Shown in pieces: positions 10,210-19,134 of a stretch of DNA of 64,000 nucleotides (position 1 is the stretch's first letter; each line of letters begins with the position of its first letter). Source of the stretch: an uncultured delta proteobacterium (GTDB lineage: Bacteria > Desulfobacterota > Syntrophia > Syntrophales > UBA2185); NCBI GenBank assembly GCA_963695875.1, contig CAVOID010000003.1, positions 1 to 64,000 on the forward strand, written 5' to 3'. Both the position numbers and the translations under genes were made by a program. The notes beneath the pieces are model-generated. The model ran no database searches. It was not told where the DNA came from and worked only from the letters and a program-made list of their open reading frames with translations.

Positions 10210-11403
10210 ATGAGTGATAAATATCCCAGAATAATCCTCAAACCGGGACGAGAAGCCTCACTGCTTAGGGGGCACCCATGGATATTTTCCGGAGCTGTTG
10301 CTTCAGTGGATGGACAACCGGAACCCGGTAACATTGCTTTTGCGGTAACAAATCAAGGGAAGCCTCTGGCCCTTGGCTTTTATAACCCCGCCTCGGACAT
10401 CTCATTCCGATTATTGACTACCGACACAACGGCAACGGTAAATCACCTCTTCTGGCAAAAGCGTATCCGGGCAGCTGTGGCCTTAAGAGAGAAAGTGGTG
10501 CCGGAGGGAGCAACGGCCTATCGCCTGATCAATGCTGAAGGTGACTGGATGCCGGGACTGGTCGTTGATAGATACGACAATTATTTAGTTCTTTCCATTG
10601 CAACAGCAGGTATGGAGAAACACAGCCAGAGTATTTTAAAGGTCCTTGCTGAAGAGATGCAACCTGTTGGTATCTATGAACGAAGCGAAGGCAAGGCAAG
10701 GCAGTTAGAAAAGTTAGAGGATCGCTCCGGCATAGCTTATGGTGATCACCCGCCCGACATTGTCGAGATTAATGAAAATCAACTTCATTTCAAAGCAGAT
10801 ATCATCACAGGGCAAAAGACCGGTTTTTTCTTTGATCAACGTCCTAACAGGGAACTTGTTGAAAAGGTCAGTAATCAGGCGACTGTTCTGAACTGCTTCT
10901 CATACACCGGCGCCTTTTCCGTTTACTGCGCCCGGGGAGGCGCCAGACGTGTGATATCAGTAGAAGCATCAGAAACGGCAAATGAAATAGCCCGGTGGAA
11001 TCTTCTAAGAAACGGCTTTTCATCAGATCAACACCCTATTTTCCGGGCTGATGTCTTTAACTATCTACGTGAGACAGACGAACTCTTCAATATAATTATC
11101 CTGGACCCGCCGGCCTTCGCCAGATCAAAAAAGGACGTGGCGAAAGCGGCACGGGGATACAAGGATATAAATCTTCAGGCAGCGAGATCCCTCAGGGAAG
11201 GAGGAATACTCGCCACATTTTCCTGCTCCAATTATATTGATAAGACGCTTTTTCAAAAAATTGTCATTGGTGCCGTTCGTGATGCCGGGAAATCTGCCCA
11301 ATTGCTTCAGGCCATGGGAGCCGGCTCGGATCATCCTACAAATCTTGCACACCCGGAGGGTAGTTATCTAAAGGGATTGTTATTGAGAGTTTCAAGAGAT
11401 TAG
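10210..11403 (+). CDS. rlmI: RlmI-like class I SAM-dependent rRNA methyltransferase
   Basis: PUA-like GHPWIFSG, GQKTGFFFDQR, VLNCFSYTGAF, ILDPPAF, TFSCS. Confidence 0.88.
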   Translation: MSDKYPRIILKPGREASLLRGHPWIFSGAVASVDGQPEPGNIAFAVTNQGKPLALGFYNPASDISFRLLTTDTTATVNHLFWQKRIRAAVALREKVVPEGATAYRLINAEGDWMPGLVVDRYDNYLVLSIATAGMEKHSQSILKVLAEEMQPVGIYERSEGKARQLEKLEDRSGIAYGDHPPDIVEINENQLHFKADIITGQKTGFFFDQRPNRELVEKVSNQATVLNCFSYTGAFSVYCARGGARRVISVEASETANEIARWNLLRNGFSSDQHPIFRADVFNYLRETDELFNIIILDPPAFARSKKDVAKAARGYKDINLQAARSLREGGILATFSCSNYIDKTLFQKIVIGAVRDAGKSAQLLQAMGAGSDHPTNLAHPEGSYLKGLLLRVSRD

Positions 11404-11694
11404 TGTTGGCTGCATCTTTCGGGTTTATACCAATCTTATTTCATTTATTTATAGACCATCGGCCCTATTGCACAAGCTGGATGTATTGCCCGACATTGAG
11501 GTATCTCCACTTGACATGACAGCCTTTTTCAGTCATGTTATGACAAATTGTCTCGCAATATAAATAGTATACGTATCTTAAATTTTATGCTCTCGGTCAG
11601 TTGAATTACTTGGGACGTCTCAGCTCTTGCAATGAGTATCAAATAAGTTCATGTTCTTGATTACAAAAACTGAACTTTCTGTCTGGTAATTTAA

Positions 11695-13446
11695 ATGAAG
11701 AATAACAGCATTAAAAGCAAGCAATTGGGTGAAACATTAAGAGATGGTGAAAACCTTTTTCTTTCCCTTGTGGATCGCATGGTCGATGCGGTAGCTATCA
11801 TCGATTGGGATGGCACTATTCTTTTCGTAAATAAGGCAGGGGCGAACTTGGTGGGGTTGGAATCCCCCGGTGATGGTATCGGTCTCAATGCCCTTCAATT
11901 TGCCCACTCGGACTTCCGTACTTTAATAATCAATGATCTTCTGCTCGTGAAAAATGGCAAACGGGAATCATTGGCCGACCACAGAATTTACAAGCTGAGA
12001 ACAAGGGTCGGCGAAGATAAGTGGGTGGAAGCTGTCGGCACAATGGTATATTTTGAAGGGAATACAGCGGGCCTTGTAACGTTTAGGGATATCACATTAC
12101 GCAAGCAAATGGAGAAGGAATTACGGAAACACCGTAACTACCTTGAGAAACTGGTTGAAGAGCGTACTGCTGAATTGCAAATAGCGAATGAAAAACTTCA
12201 TCTGGACATTACAGAACACAGGCGGATGGAAAGAGCACTTAGGGAAAGCCAAGAAAGATACAGAATATTCATCGAATCCTTGCCGCAAGTTGTCTTTGAA
12301 ACTGATGAGAATGGTGAGATTAACCTGGTCAATCATAAAGCATTTGAGACCTTTGGTTATACTCAGGAAGATGTAGAAGAAGGATTGAATGTGTTTCAAA
12401 TGGTTACTCCTGAGGAGAGGGAAAGAGCAAAGGAAAGAATCGAAAGGTTATTAAGTGGAGAAGGATTGCGCGCTGGTGAATATATAGGACTGAGAAAAGA
12501 CGGGGGTACATTACCTATCGTAGTACGCCTCAGTCCTCTAGTCTGTGACAATAAAATTGTTGGCATGAGGGGAATCGCTTCAGATGTAACTGAGATCAGG
12601 AAGACGCAAGATGCTCTACGAGAAAGTGAGAACAGATACCGCTATTTAGTGGAAAATTTGAATGATACTATCTATTCTGCCGATTTGCGGGGACTGATAA
12701 CCTATGCCAGTCCTCCCATAGAATCCCTTATCGGATACAAGCCTCCTGAAGTAATTGGCCGGTCATTTACTGAGTTCATCTATAGTGAAGACTTGCCGCG
12801 CATAGAGAACCAGTTTGAAAAAATTATCTCCGACATTATTGAACCAAGTGAGTACCGGATGGTGACGAAATTTGGCGAAACCCGCTGGGTACGGTCTTCC
12901 AGCAGGGCGATTTACAGAGGAGATCGTGTTATTGGAATACAGGGAGTGATAACAGACATCACCGAACGAAAGCAGGTAGAGGAAGCTCTGAGAAAAAGAG
13001 AAGAGGAACTGGTTAACAATTCCCGCATGCTTGAGGAAGTCAATACAGCATTAAGAGTTTTACTGAAACGCAGAGAAGAGGACAAAGAGGAACTTGAAGA
13101 AAAAGTTTCGGCAAGCATTAAAGAACTCGTGATGCCTTATTTAGAAATGCTGAAAAAGAACCAACCGGACAATAGAAACGCGGCTTGTCTTTCCATCCTC
13201 GATTCAAATCTGAAAAACGTCGTTTCACCATTTTCCCAGAAATTATCTTCAAAATATTTAAACCTGACTCCCAAAGAAATTCAAGTCGCCAGTCTTATCA
13301 AGGAAGGCAGAACCTCAAAAGAGATAGCAGATGTCTTGAATGTGGCTACGTCCTCAATTGATTTCCACAGATATAACATTCGTAATAAGTTTGGTTTGAA
13401 TAATAAAAGAATTAGCCTCCGATCCTACCTGTTATCCTTCTCGTGA
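11695..13446 (+). CDS. Multi-PAS sensor with C-terminal LuxR HTH (one-component regulator)
   Basis: Three PAS/PAC repeats (DITLRK, DVTEIR, DITERK); LTPKEIQVASLIKEGRTSKEIA...FHRYNIRNK. Confidence 0.92.
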   Translation: MKNNSIKSKQLGETLRDGENLFLSLVDRMVDAVAIIDWDGTILFVNKAGANLVGLESPGDGIGLNALQFAHSDFRTLIINDLLLVKNGKRESLADHRIYKLRTRVGEDKWVEAVGTMVYFEGNTAGLVTFRDITLRKQMEKELRKHRNYLEKLVEERTAELQIANEKLHLDITEHRRMERALRESQERYRIFIESLPQVVFETDENGEINLVNHKAFETFGYTQEDVEEGLNVFQMVTPEERERAKERIERLLSGEGLRAGEYIGLRKDGGTLPIVVRLSPLVCDNKIVGMRGIASDVTEIRKTQDALRESENRYRYLVENLNDTIYSADLRGLITYASPPIESLIGYKPPEVIGRSFTEFIYSEDLPRIENQFEKIISDIIEPSEYRMVTKFGETRWVRSSSRAIYRGDRVIGIQGVITDITERKQVEEALRKREEELVNNSRMLEEVNTALRVLLKRREEDKEELEEKVSASIKELVMPYLEMLKKNQPDNRNAACLSILDSNLKNVVSPFSQKLSSKYLNLTPKEIQVASLIKEGRTSKEIADVLNVATSSIDFHRYNIRNKFGLNNKRISLRSYLLSFS

Positions 13447-13800
13447 AATTGTAATTGTCGCCACCCCTTTTATTGTGCAGACGTATCACGTAAGAAGCTT
13501 CGCTATGTCTGCATCCCCGTAGTACTGTCTTCTAAATATTATTGTACAATTTCTATTTCTTAACTAATGATGGCGTACTTACTTGTTATTATTTCTAATT
13601 AGTCATCATTTTATATTACACTGAAAGAATCCAGCAGGTACCTGCTCCTGCTTAGAGAGGGAACTTTTTTATAATACCATCATTTTTTCTTAACGAATAT
13701 TAGCATAAGAGTGGCTATGAGAGTTAAAGCCATGGAAAAATAAAAAGAAGCAAAAAGGTGACTTGGGTTTATTCATATTTCTTCCAGGCATTATCAAATA

Positions 13801-14646
13801 TTAATTTAAAAAAGAGGAATAGACAGCCTGAAAGACAGCCCACAGTAAGATGACAAACGTTAGAACCATACAGCCTGCTGCCAGAACTCGATGAAAAATA
13901 TTTTCACTCTTCTTTTCATTATAGCCTGTCAGAAACGCAAACAGAATTCCTGAGATCACGCCTCCACCATGCGCCCAGTTGTTGATCCCCGGCACCAGTA
14001 GGCCGAATAAAACAAGCCCTATAACCCATCCCATGGCCTGCCTGTAAATGACCTCTCCATAAAAGCCCCCTCTGCTTTTGCCATAATAGATAATGGCACC
14101 GATGAGACCGCAGATGCTGGCTGATGCGCCGATTGTAAAAGAAATGCCAGCCAAATAGGACATAAAAAAACCCGCCACTCCAGTCAGTATATAAATAATC
14201 GCAAAACGGTTAAACCCGAATTCGCGTAACACGAACTGGCCAAGCTGTCCCAGCGCGGCCATATTGAAAAAGATATGAAGAATACCCCCATGGAGGAAAG
14301 AAGCCGACACCAGGGTCCACCAGCGTCCGTATCCAGCAATCGGTATGGTCCCTGTTGCACCAAGAAGGAAGAGACTCTTATCGGAGGGGGATAAAAAAGT
14401 CAGGGGATTTGCAGATAACCCCAGAGCCGATGGGCTCAGTAAAATTGATAAGATATAGAAGGCAATATTGATACAGATTATGATTTTAACAGTATCAAGG
14501 GAAGACGCCGAAAATATATTAAGTAAGTGGATTTTAAACCGTGAACCAGGCCTTGACAACCCACAATAGGGGCATACGGGTTCATTAGAGCTGATAAGTT
14601 TTCGGCAATTCGGACACAGAATTGAGGTTTTTTCTCTTACAGTCAT
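13801..14646 (-). CDS. Rhomboid intramembrane serine protease with N-terminal zinc ribbon
   Basis: CPNC...CPYC; WWTLV, FLHGGILHIFFN, GASA catalytic Ser, NWAHGGG. Confidence 0.92.
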   Translation of the reverse strand: MTVREKTSILCPNCRKLISSNEPVCPYCGLSRPGSRFKIHLLNIFSASSLDTVKIIICINIAFYILSILLSPSALGLSANPLTFLSPSDKSLFLLGATGTIPIAGYGRWWTLVSASFLHGGILHIFFNMAALGQLGQFVLREFGFNRFAIIYILTGVAGFFMSYLAGISFTIGASASICGLIGAIIYYGKSRGGFYGEVIYRQAMGWVIGLVLFGLLVPGINNWAHGGGVISGILFAFLTGYNEKKSENIFHRVLAAGCMVLTFVILLWAVFQAVYSSFLN

Positions 14647-15109
14647 GTAGAAAAACTATTTAAACCTCTCATGATTAAAATTGCAAAATGCAGACTGTAC
14701 AGGTCAGAATAATTTCTCTCCCACCCAGTGACAGGCAGTGAGTATTTTCATGATTCATAGTGTTCTCTGCGACAATCCACAATCTGGCGTTGATGCTGGT
14801 AAGAAATCTGTATTCAATCTGTCATCAGGAAACTTTGCAAAATGGATTTATCATTGGCGCGTTGTCAAATGGGGTCTCAGCTCGTTGAGTGCAAAGTGGA
14901 ATCGTAATTAGTGAGACACACAAATAACCTAAAACGGTTTGCTACATACCACGCACATAATATAAATCACAAGTAAGATTTCGCGCGGCTATTCCATAAC
15001 CAGTAACGCCCCTTTTAACTTGACATGCCATCTCAACTCGGCTATTTTTTTGCTCATGAACAAGACCTCAGTGGGTATTACAGAAGAATATTGAAGGAAC
15101 TTAAGAAAC

Positions 15110-15793
15110 ATGGATATAGAGAATTGGGCAGAAGAATTATTGAAGGACGTTTGTGAAAAATGGGAAACCTGTCAGTATAAGTATGATTTTGGCGAATGTG
15201 GCTTTCGGGTTTTTTATTCGCCAGTTTCCGCCAGTCCAGACCTGATGATCATAGGATACAACCCTGGTAAGTATGATAAGCCTTTTTGTAAGGAAGATGA
15301 CAGTCAGATTCCGGATTTTCATGAATACCTCTATCATGATTCAACAATGGCGAGGAAGATGAAATACCTGTTCGAAAGTATTGAGAGGCATGACTGGTTG
15401 GAAGAAAGCGTAAAACTGAACCTTGTTTTCTTCAGGAGTGAAAATGAAGCACAATGGGAAACTATGGACAGGGGCCTCCGGAGTGAATTGGAAATTTTCT
15501 GTTTTAAGAGGGTGAATGATATTATTGATACGCTTAAACCAAGGTTTATTATAACGGAAGGCCTTAAAGTTTTCGATCTCCTTATAAATACTGTTTTGAT
15601 GGGATGTGATAAACCAAAGGTGGAAATTGGAGTGGGCGGGAGAAAAATTTACGCCAGAAGCAGATACGGCCACAGTCAGATAATTGGCTTAGTTCATCTG
15701 ACTCAGGATCGAATAAGCTATCCTGATTGGAACAGTATTAAGGAGTATCTGAAGGCTGATTTGAAGGATCTGCAGCAAACATATCTGCACTGA
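15110..15793 (+). CDS. Hypothetical protein, uracil-DNA glycosylase-like fold
   Basis: LMIIGYNPG (UDG motif A-like), NLVFFRS, LKPRFIITEG and late His (LVHLT) resemble the UDG superfamily. Confidence 0.6.
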   Translation: MDIENWAEELLKDVCEKWETCQYKYDFGECGFRVFYSPVSASPDLMIIGYNPGKYDKPFCKEDDSQIPDFHEYLYHDSTMARKMKYLFESIERHDWLEESVKLNLVFFRSENEAQWETMDRGLRSELEIFCFKRVNDIIDTLKPRFIITEGLKVFDLLINTVLMGCDKPKVEIGVGGRKIYARSRYGHSQIIGLVHLTQDRISYPDWNSIKEYLKADLKDLQQTYLH

Positions 15794-15890
15794 AATGAAG
15801 CTCTTCATTAGTAAAGGGGGTGCATGGGGCTTCAAAGCAGAGCTGCATATCAAGTATGCTTTGAATGAGATAAATGTGGACAGGTGAATT

Positions 15891-16193
15891 TTGATGATTC
15901 ATGAAAAAGTTCAACTAACAAAGAAGCGAGCTGATGGTTATGTAATTCCACTTGGACCTGTCAGCCTGATTAACGTCGTAACTGATACCGGCATGGTGGG
16001 CTGTGGAGCCTTTGATATATCGGCACTGGATAACTTCGGTTACCCGGCAGCCAGGGTAAAATCCACCACGGGAAGCGCAATTGCCACAATTGAAGACCTT
16101 CTTACAGGTGTTGTGAAGGATGCAAATACGACAGCGGTCAACCGTGGTGTTAAAGTGGGAATGACAGGCAGGGAAGCTCTTGACCTGATATAG
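15891..16193 (+). CDS. YunC / DUF1805 family protein
   Basis: GMVGCGAFD, AARV, GVKVGMTGREAL. Confidence 0.85.
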   Translation: MMIHEKVQLTKKRADGYVIPLGPVSLINVVTDTGMVGCGAFDISALDNFGYPAARVKSTTGSAIATIEDLLTGVVKDANTTAVNRGVKVGMTGREALDLI

Positions 16194-16534
16194 AACATCA
16201 TACTTAACATCAACTGTAATATCTCTTCGTCTGATCCTCACGTCCGTTGAAGATAACCACGCAAGGACGAGGTTTGAGGGATGCATTTGTCTTAAAGCTA
16301 TCTGAAGAGATATTACTTCTCAGTGGCATATGACCTGGCTATGCCGCGACCACGCCCTTCACTGTCACGAAATTATAACGTATGCAACGGGCATTGCCGC
16401 CGAATTGATTTTATCGGATTAAGACGAACTCCCCTCGAACACCTTTATCGACGACGACTGAAGTGTGAAAATATGTTATAAGGTGCTTCCTAATAATTCT
16501 AGTCCTGTCAGGACAAAAAGGATTTCATGTTAAA

Positions 16535-16638
16535 TGTTCATATATCGAACGCTATGTGCGATATATGCACATATATAGATACTAATATCTCGCTGTATTT
16601 GTAGCATATAATATTTTAATCCGTGCTATAAACGCACA
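16535..16638. promoter_or_regulatory. Three related palindromic sites, candidate upstream activator sequences for a sigma54 enhancer-binding protein
   Basis: TGTTC-N7-GAACG (16535-16551), TGTGC-N7-GCACA (16555-16571), CGTGC-N7-GCACA (16622-16638), 140-245 bp upstream of the -24 box. Confidence 0.5.
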
Positions 16639-16777
16639 TATCCTATATGGGACGACTTATCAGCCTACCATTATTAAACCACGCGGTATAAACAGAACAC
16701 TCCATAATACATTGTAATTCAAAACAATTTTATATTATAAAATTCTCACTTCTTCTCAAGCGGAGAGTATTATCGGG

Positions 16778-16795
16778 TTGGCAATCTTTTTGCAT
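16778..16795 (+). promoter_or_regulatory. sigma54 (RpoN) -24/-12 promoter
   Basis: TTGGCAATCTTTTTGCAT: GG-N10-GC with TGGCA and TTGCA consensus flanks. Confidence 0.7.
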
Positions 16796-16804
16796 GATGT
16801 TTAA

Positions 16805-17164
16805 TCAAATGAGGAGACCTCTTGAGACAGGAAGAAACCTTTGGGATTTTAATCTTAATAAATTAATATATGAAAGGTATTTCTCAGAGGTCTCGCGGGA
16901 CTTATAATAAGTTATAAGATATTAAAGGAGAAGAAGCGCGGTTAGTTAAACAGGAATAAGAGTTAAGCAGTATCGAAAAGTGGTACTACTGTTCATGCAA
17001 GGTTCTTTTAAATTGGAAATCGGCGGGCGGCATTCCTCTTCTCCTTTTACCACCTGCCGCCTTTACTCCATATGCTCTGAAAGGGAGAATAGTATTCAAG
17101 AACCCTTTCAGTTTATTAATCGGTGGATGGTTTCTTTCCCTCCTTTTGCCATCCACCTTTTTTT
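16805..17164 (+). ncRNA. Candidate sigma54-dependent structured small RNA with two anti-SD-loop hairpins
   Basis: Follows the sigma54 promoter; four stem-loops; ends in a 9-bp GC stem plus T7; no convincing RBS-led ORF. Confidence 0.5.
17122..17164 (+). terminator. Intrinsic terminator-like hairpin
   Basis: GGTGGATGG/CCATCCACC perfect stem followed by TTTTTTT; the 18-nt loop is unusually large. Confidence 0.6.
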
Positions 17165-17284
17165 GTCCCAGATAACCAACAAAGAGAGAGCAGGAAATTC
17201 GAACAACGGCTGCTTTGCTAATAATCTGTCGGAGTTAAAAAACATGAGCATATATCATCGCGGGAGTAATGTGGAAAATCATAT

Positions 17285-17554
17285 ATGAACAGAATATATG
17301 TAGTAAGCCGGGAAAGTTATATCAAAGCACGCATCATTAAAATTAAGACAAAGGAACATATCTATATTGAAGAAGCAATCAGTCTGGCCAACAATGGAAT
17401 TTCTACTGAATTGTCAAGTCATTCGCAAACATCGGACGGATATCAAATGTTCATTCGTGATGATGCTGATGGCGTGTCAATATGCCGGCAAATTTTAGAT
17501 GCATTATTGCGATTGCCTCATGGAAACGTTGTTGTGGAAAAAATTAATTGTTAA
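17285..17554 (+). CDS. Small hypothetical protein
   Basis: 89-aa ATG ORF; no recognisable motif. Confidence 0.45.
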   Translation: MNRIYVVSRESYIKARIIKIKTKEHIYIEEAISLANNGISTELSSHSQTSDGYQMFIRDDADGVSICRQILDALLRLPHGNVVVEKINC

Positions 17555-17903
17555 AAGCAGTACATCAGCAAATCACAATTAATCAGGCTGCGGCAATCTT
17601 GCCGTTTTCTCTGTCGCTCGCTGACATCCTTTTTATCTCTCTGACTAACCATATGATCCGATAATCGTTTTACCCAAGGGCAATCTGAAGTTATCCTTTC
17701 CTATCTTCCCCGAAACCAACGCCTTGATCAGAACAAGCATCAAATTCCAGGGATGTCCATTAGTCAGAAGTCTATCATCATTGGGGATAAAACGATTGAC
17801 GATATGTATCACGAGTGCTACACATCAACCGGCAAGGGGGCAGCATTATACCCCTTCCACATTGAGATTTTCCAACAGTTGGCAAATTGTCGGGTACATA
17901 ACA

Positions 17904-18518
17904 ATGCAAAAACTTTTCCTGTTTGATTTTGATGGCGTCCTGGTCGATTCCCTAGAAGTATATGAAAGTAGAGTGAAGCTCTGCCTGGAAAAAATAGGGA
18001 GGCCGATTGTTCAAAGCCGGAATGATTTCCTGGGACTGTTTGAAGATAACTTTTATGAAGCGATAATGAAGAAAGGCATTGATCTCGTGGAATTTATGAA
18101 TGCATCAAGGTCAATCCCGACAAATGATGATTATGACCGGATGGCACCATTTGCGCCAATATTCCCTGTTCTTGCCGAGCTTAAGAAGGATAACATCCTG
18201 ACGGTCATTTCTTCCAATATATCGCAGGTCATCCACATAATCCTTTCCAAGTACGGATTTAGGAGCTGTTTCCAAAAGGTTCTGGGGGCTGATTTCGGAT
18301 ATAGCAAGGAGGAAAAAATTCTCCATGCCTTGAATTTTTTTCAGATGGGAAGAGACAGAACTTTCTATGTTGGTGACACTGTAGGAGATATTAAAGAAGG
18401 CCGCCTGGCAGGGGTGAAAACAATCGCCGTTACCTGGGGCTGGCACTCAAAAGAGAAACTGGAGACGGCAAGTCCTGATTATCTCATTGAAACTCCCGAC
18501 GATTTATTGAGTATCTGA
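17904..18518 (+). CDS. HAD family hydrolase (phosphoglycolate phosphatase-like)
   Basis: FDFDGVLVDS, SSN, K, YVGDTVGDI, VTWGW; start taken at MQKLF. Confidence 0.9.
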   Translation: MQKLFLFDFDGVLVDSLEVYESRVKLCLEKIGRPIVQSRNDFLGLFEDNFYEAIMKKGIDLVEFMNASRSIPTNDDYDRMAPFAPIFPVLAELKKDNILTVISSNISQVIHIILSKYGFRSCFQKVLGADFGYSKEEKILHALNFFQMGRDRTFYVGDTVGDIKEGRLAGVKTIAVTWGWHSKEKLETASPDYLIETPDDLLSI

Positions 18519-19010
18519 TTATAGATCGTAAAGGGTTTCGTCGATTCTGGGTTTCGGTTTTTTGCTTCCCCTTTGGGCCTTTGCCCCAAAGAGCAAGGGT
18601 TCTTCCCCTTCCAGCAAATCCCCCATCTCTTCTTCGATTTTTTCGGGGTCTTCCCCTCTTTCCATACGGCTCAGGGCCTCTTCCATTCCCGGTCCCAGAT
18701 TCATTCCCGTTGCATCAGAGAGCTTCCTCATCAGCATTGCAGCCTGACGGGGATCGTCTTCATTGATCTTATCTGCCTCACCGGCAAGCATAGCCATGGC
18801 TTTTTCCATCTTCGCGTCATCAAGAGGAGGCATATCGTCTGCGACTGCTTCTTCTTTGCCCCCGGACACCTTGGCAAAAATCGACATCTGACGCTTCAAT
18901 TTAACCCTTTTACATTTCGGACAGTTAGGGATCTTTTCAGTGTTAACGGTTCTGGAAAAGAAGCCATAAATCGTGTTGCATTTGTGGCAGTAAAATTCGT
19001 AGATCGGCAT
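18519..19010 (-). CDS. FmdB family zinc-ribbon protein
   Basis: MPIYEFYCHKC...CPKC. Confidence 0.85.
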   Translation of the reverse strand: MPIYEFYCHKCNTIYGFFSRTVNTEKIPNCPKCKRVKLKRQMSIFAKVSGGKEEAVADDMPPLDDAKMEKAMAMLAGEADKINEDDPRQAAMLMRKLSDATGMNLGPGMEEALSRMERGEDPEKIEEEMGDLLEGEEPLLFGAKAQRGSKKPKPRIDETLYDL

Positions 19011-19134
19011 TACCCTTCCTCACTATCTAAAATCAAAGATTTATTCCCACTCACAATTCTTCGTCAAGATAAGGAAGAAGCGGTGGGAAGGTCGATTTTT
19101 TATTTGGTGTAGTTTAATCGACCAGATAAAAAAA

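Noticed and set aside
13476..13646. Hairpin TGCAGAC/GTCTGCA and 14-bp palindrome AGCAGGTACCTGCT between convergent genes
   Set aside because: Compatible with ordinary terminators or chance; no second copy seen
16216..16316. Retron msr-msd-like inverted-repeat unit
   Set aside because: No reverse transcriptase gene in the window
16980..17288. 102-aa GTG-start ORF over the hairpin region
   Set aside because: No RBS, no recognisable motifs, and it runs through a terminator-like hairpin; the structure is better explained as RNA
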